Below are positions 63,251-64,000 of a DNA stretch of 64,000 nucleotides, one piece after another. Below the pieces are notes generated by a model that was not told the DNA's origin, searched no databases, and worked only from the letters and a program-made list of their open reading frames with translations. A program made the position numbers and the translations under genes. The stretch covers positions 2,666,001 to 2,730,000 of the forward strand of contig CM060734.1 in NCBI GenBank assembly GCA_030704615.1, written 5' to 3'. The DNA is from Takakia lepidozioides (Eukaryota > Plantae > Bryophyta). Each line of letters begins with the position of its first letter. Position 1 is the stretch's first letter.

Positions 63251-64000
63251 GACATTCCACATTCGGGAAGGAGAAAGTGGCAATTATATTACATTCATCT
63301 TCTTGCACCTTATTTTTTTGTGAGGAATTATACACTTGGTGGTGCCGCACCGCCATGGCTTCAGGTGCATTTCGGTGCCGCAATACATGAGAATGTGGTT
63401 TTTGGCCATGAATGGCATGGGCATGTTTTTTTAATTTTGGTTATGTCTATTAATGGATCCGAGGAAAGCATACATTGTGTGGAGATACACGGGCATTGTG
63501 GCCTATTTCAGCGCCGTTATTGGTCTGTATACTGCATAGTGCTTCCTTGTTACTGCTCTTCATTCATTTTGTGGTGATTTCGCAGCCCATCCTGGCGTTT
63601 TCGTCCACCTTTATGAGAAGACTCTGATTTGCTACCAATACATTGACACTGTTCTGCAAATGTGATGCATTTACAAGATTGCAAGTTCTGTGTCCTAGTG
63701 GGAAGGGTCCTACTGCACATTCCAGCATTCACATACTGCACCTTGTGCACACAACAATCCATACGACAAAGGACACGTCCCAGCATACTGGCAGTGAATT
63801 GCAAAAAACCTTAACAGAAGATTATCCAAGCATGTATATTCCCCATATGGCACAGGGAAGCTACTTGATTTCTGAAGCAAAATGTATGTGCCATGAGTGT
63901 CCGCGAGTTGAAACATGTCTATTCTAGCATGCAAGACCTATGGTCCCCTCGCCCAAGAAGAAGGAACTCAAACTGGCATCTCAAGGACCTCCTGAGTGAC

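Noticed and set aside
63550-64000. Additional cargo gene (e.g. TET/JBP-like) at the window edge
   Set aside because: It looks coding on the minus strand but has many stops and no recognisable motif set.

Overview
Eukaryotic, transposon-saturated plant DNA, probably from a non-seed land plant. This is inferred from the PLS-type PPR debris, an INTS5-like gene and green-algal-type retroelements. The only clearly intact gene is a 3-exon beta-tubulin (36793-38442, +). A large multi-exon Integrator subunit 5 (INTS5)-like gene (about 9.9-27.8 kb, -) carries apparent lesions, and its introns hold at least 11 co-oriented 3' ends of one RTE-X-like LINE sitting in (CT)n tracts. The rest is L1-like LINEs, a Dualen/RandI-like RLE-LINE fragment, two tRNA-derived SINEs, a hAT MITE with an 8-bp TSD, a chromovirus, a PHD-integrase Ty3/gypsy element with the stump of a C5-DNA-methyltransferase domain, and gene debris (RING, HR-lesion, PPR, F-box). 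The most interesting structure is at 54.5-63.5 kb: a decayed composite Mutator-like element. A GCM-like/MULE-DDE/SWIM transposase (+) lies head-to-head with a spliced gene for a ParB-like domain fused to an amino (N6A/N4C)-DNA-methyltransferase-like domain (-). The two are tied together by about 20 copies of a palindrome, ATTTCGGCGCCGAAAT, concentrated between the genes and in introns. All family assignments come from motif recognition by eye; no searches were run.
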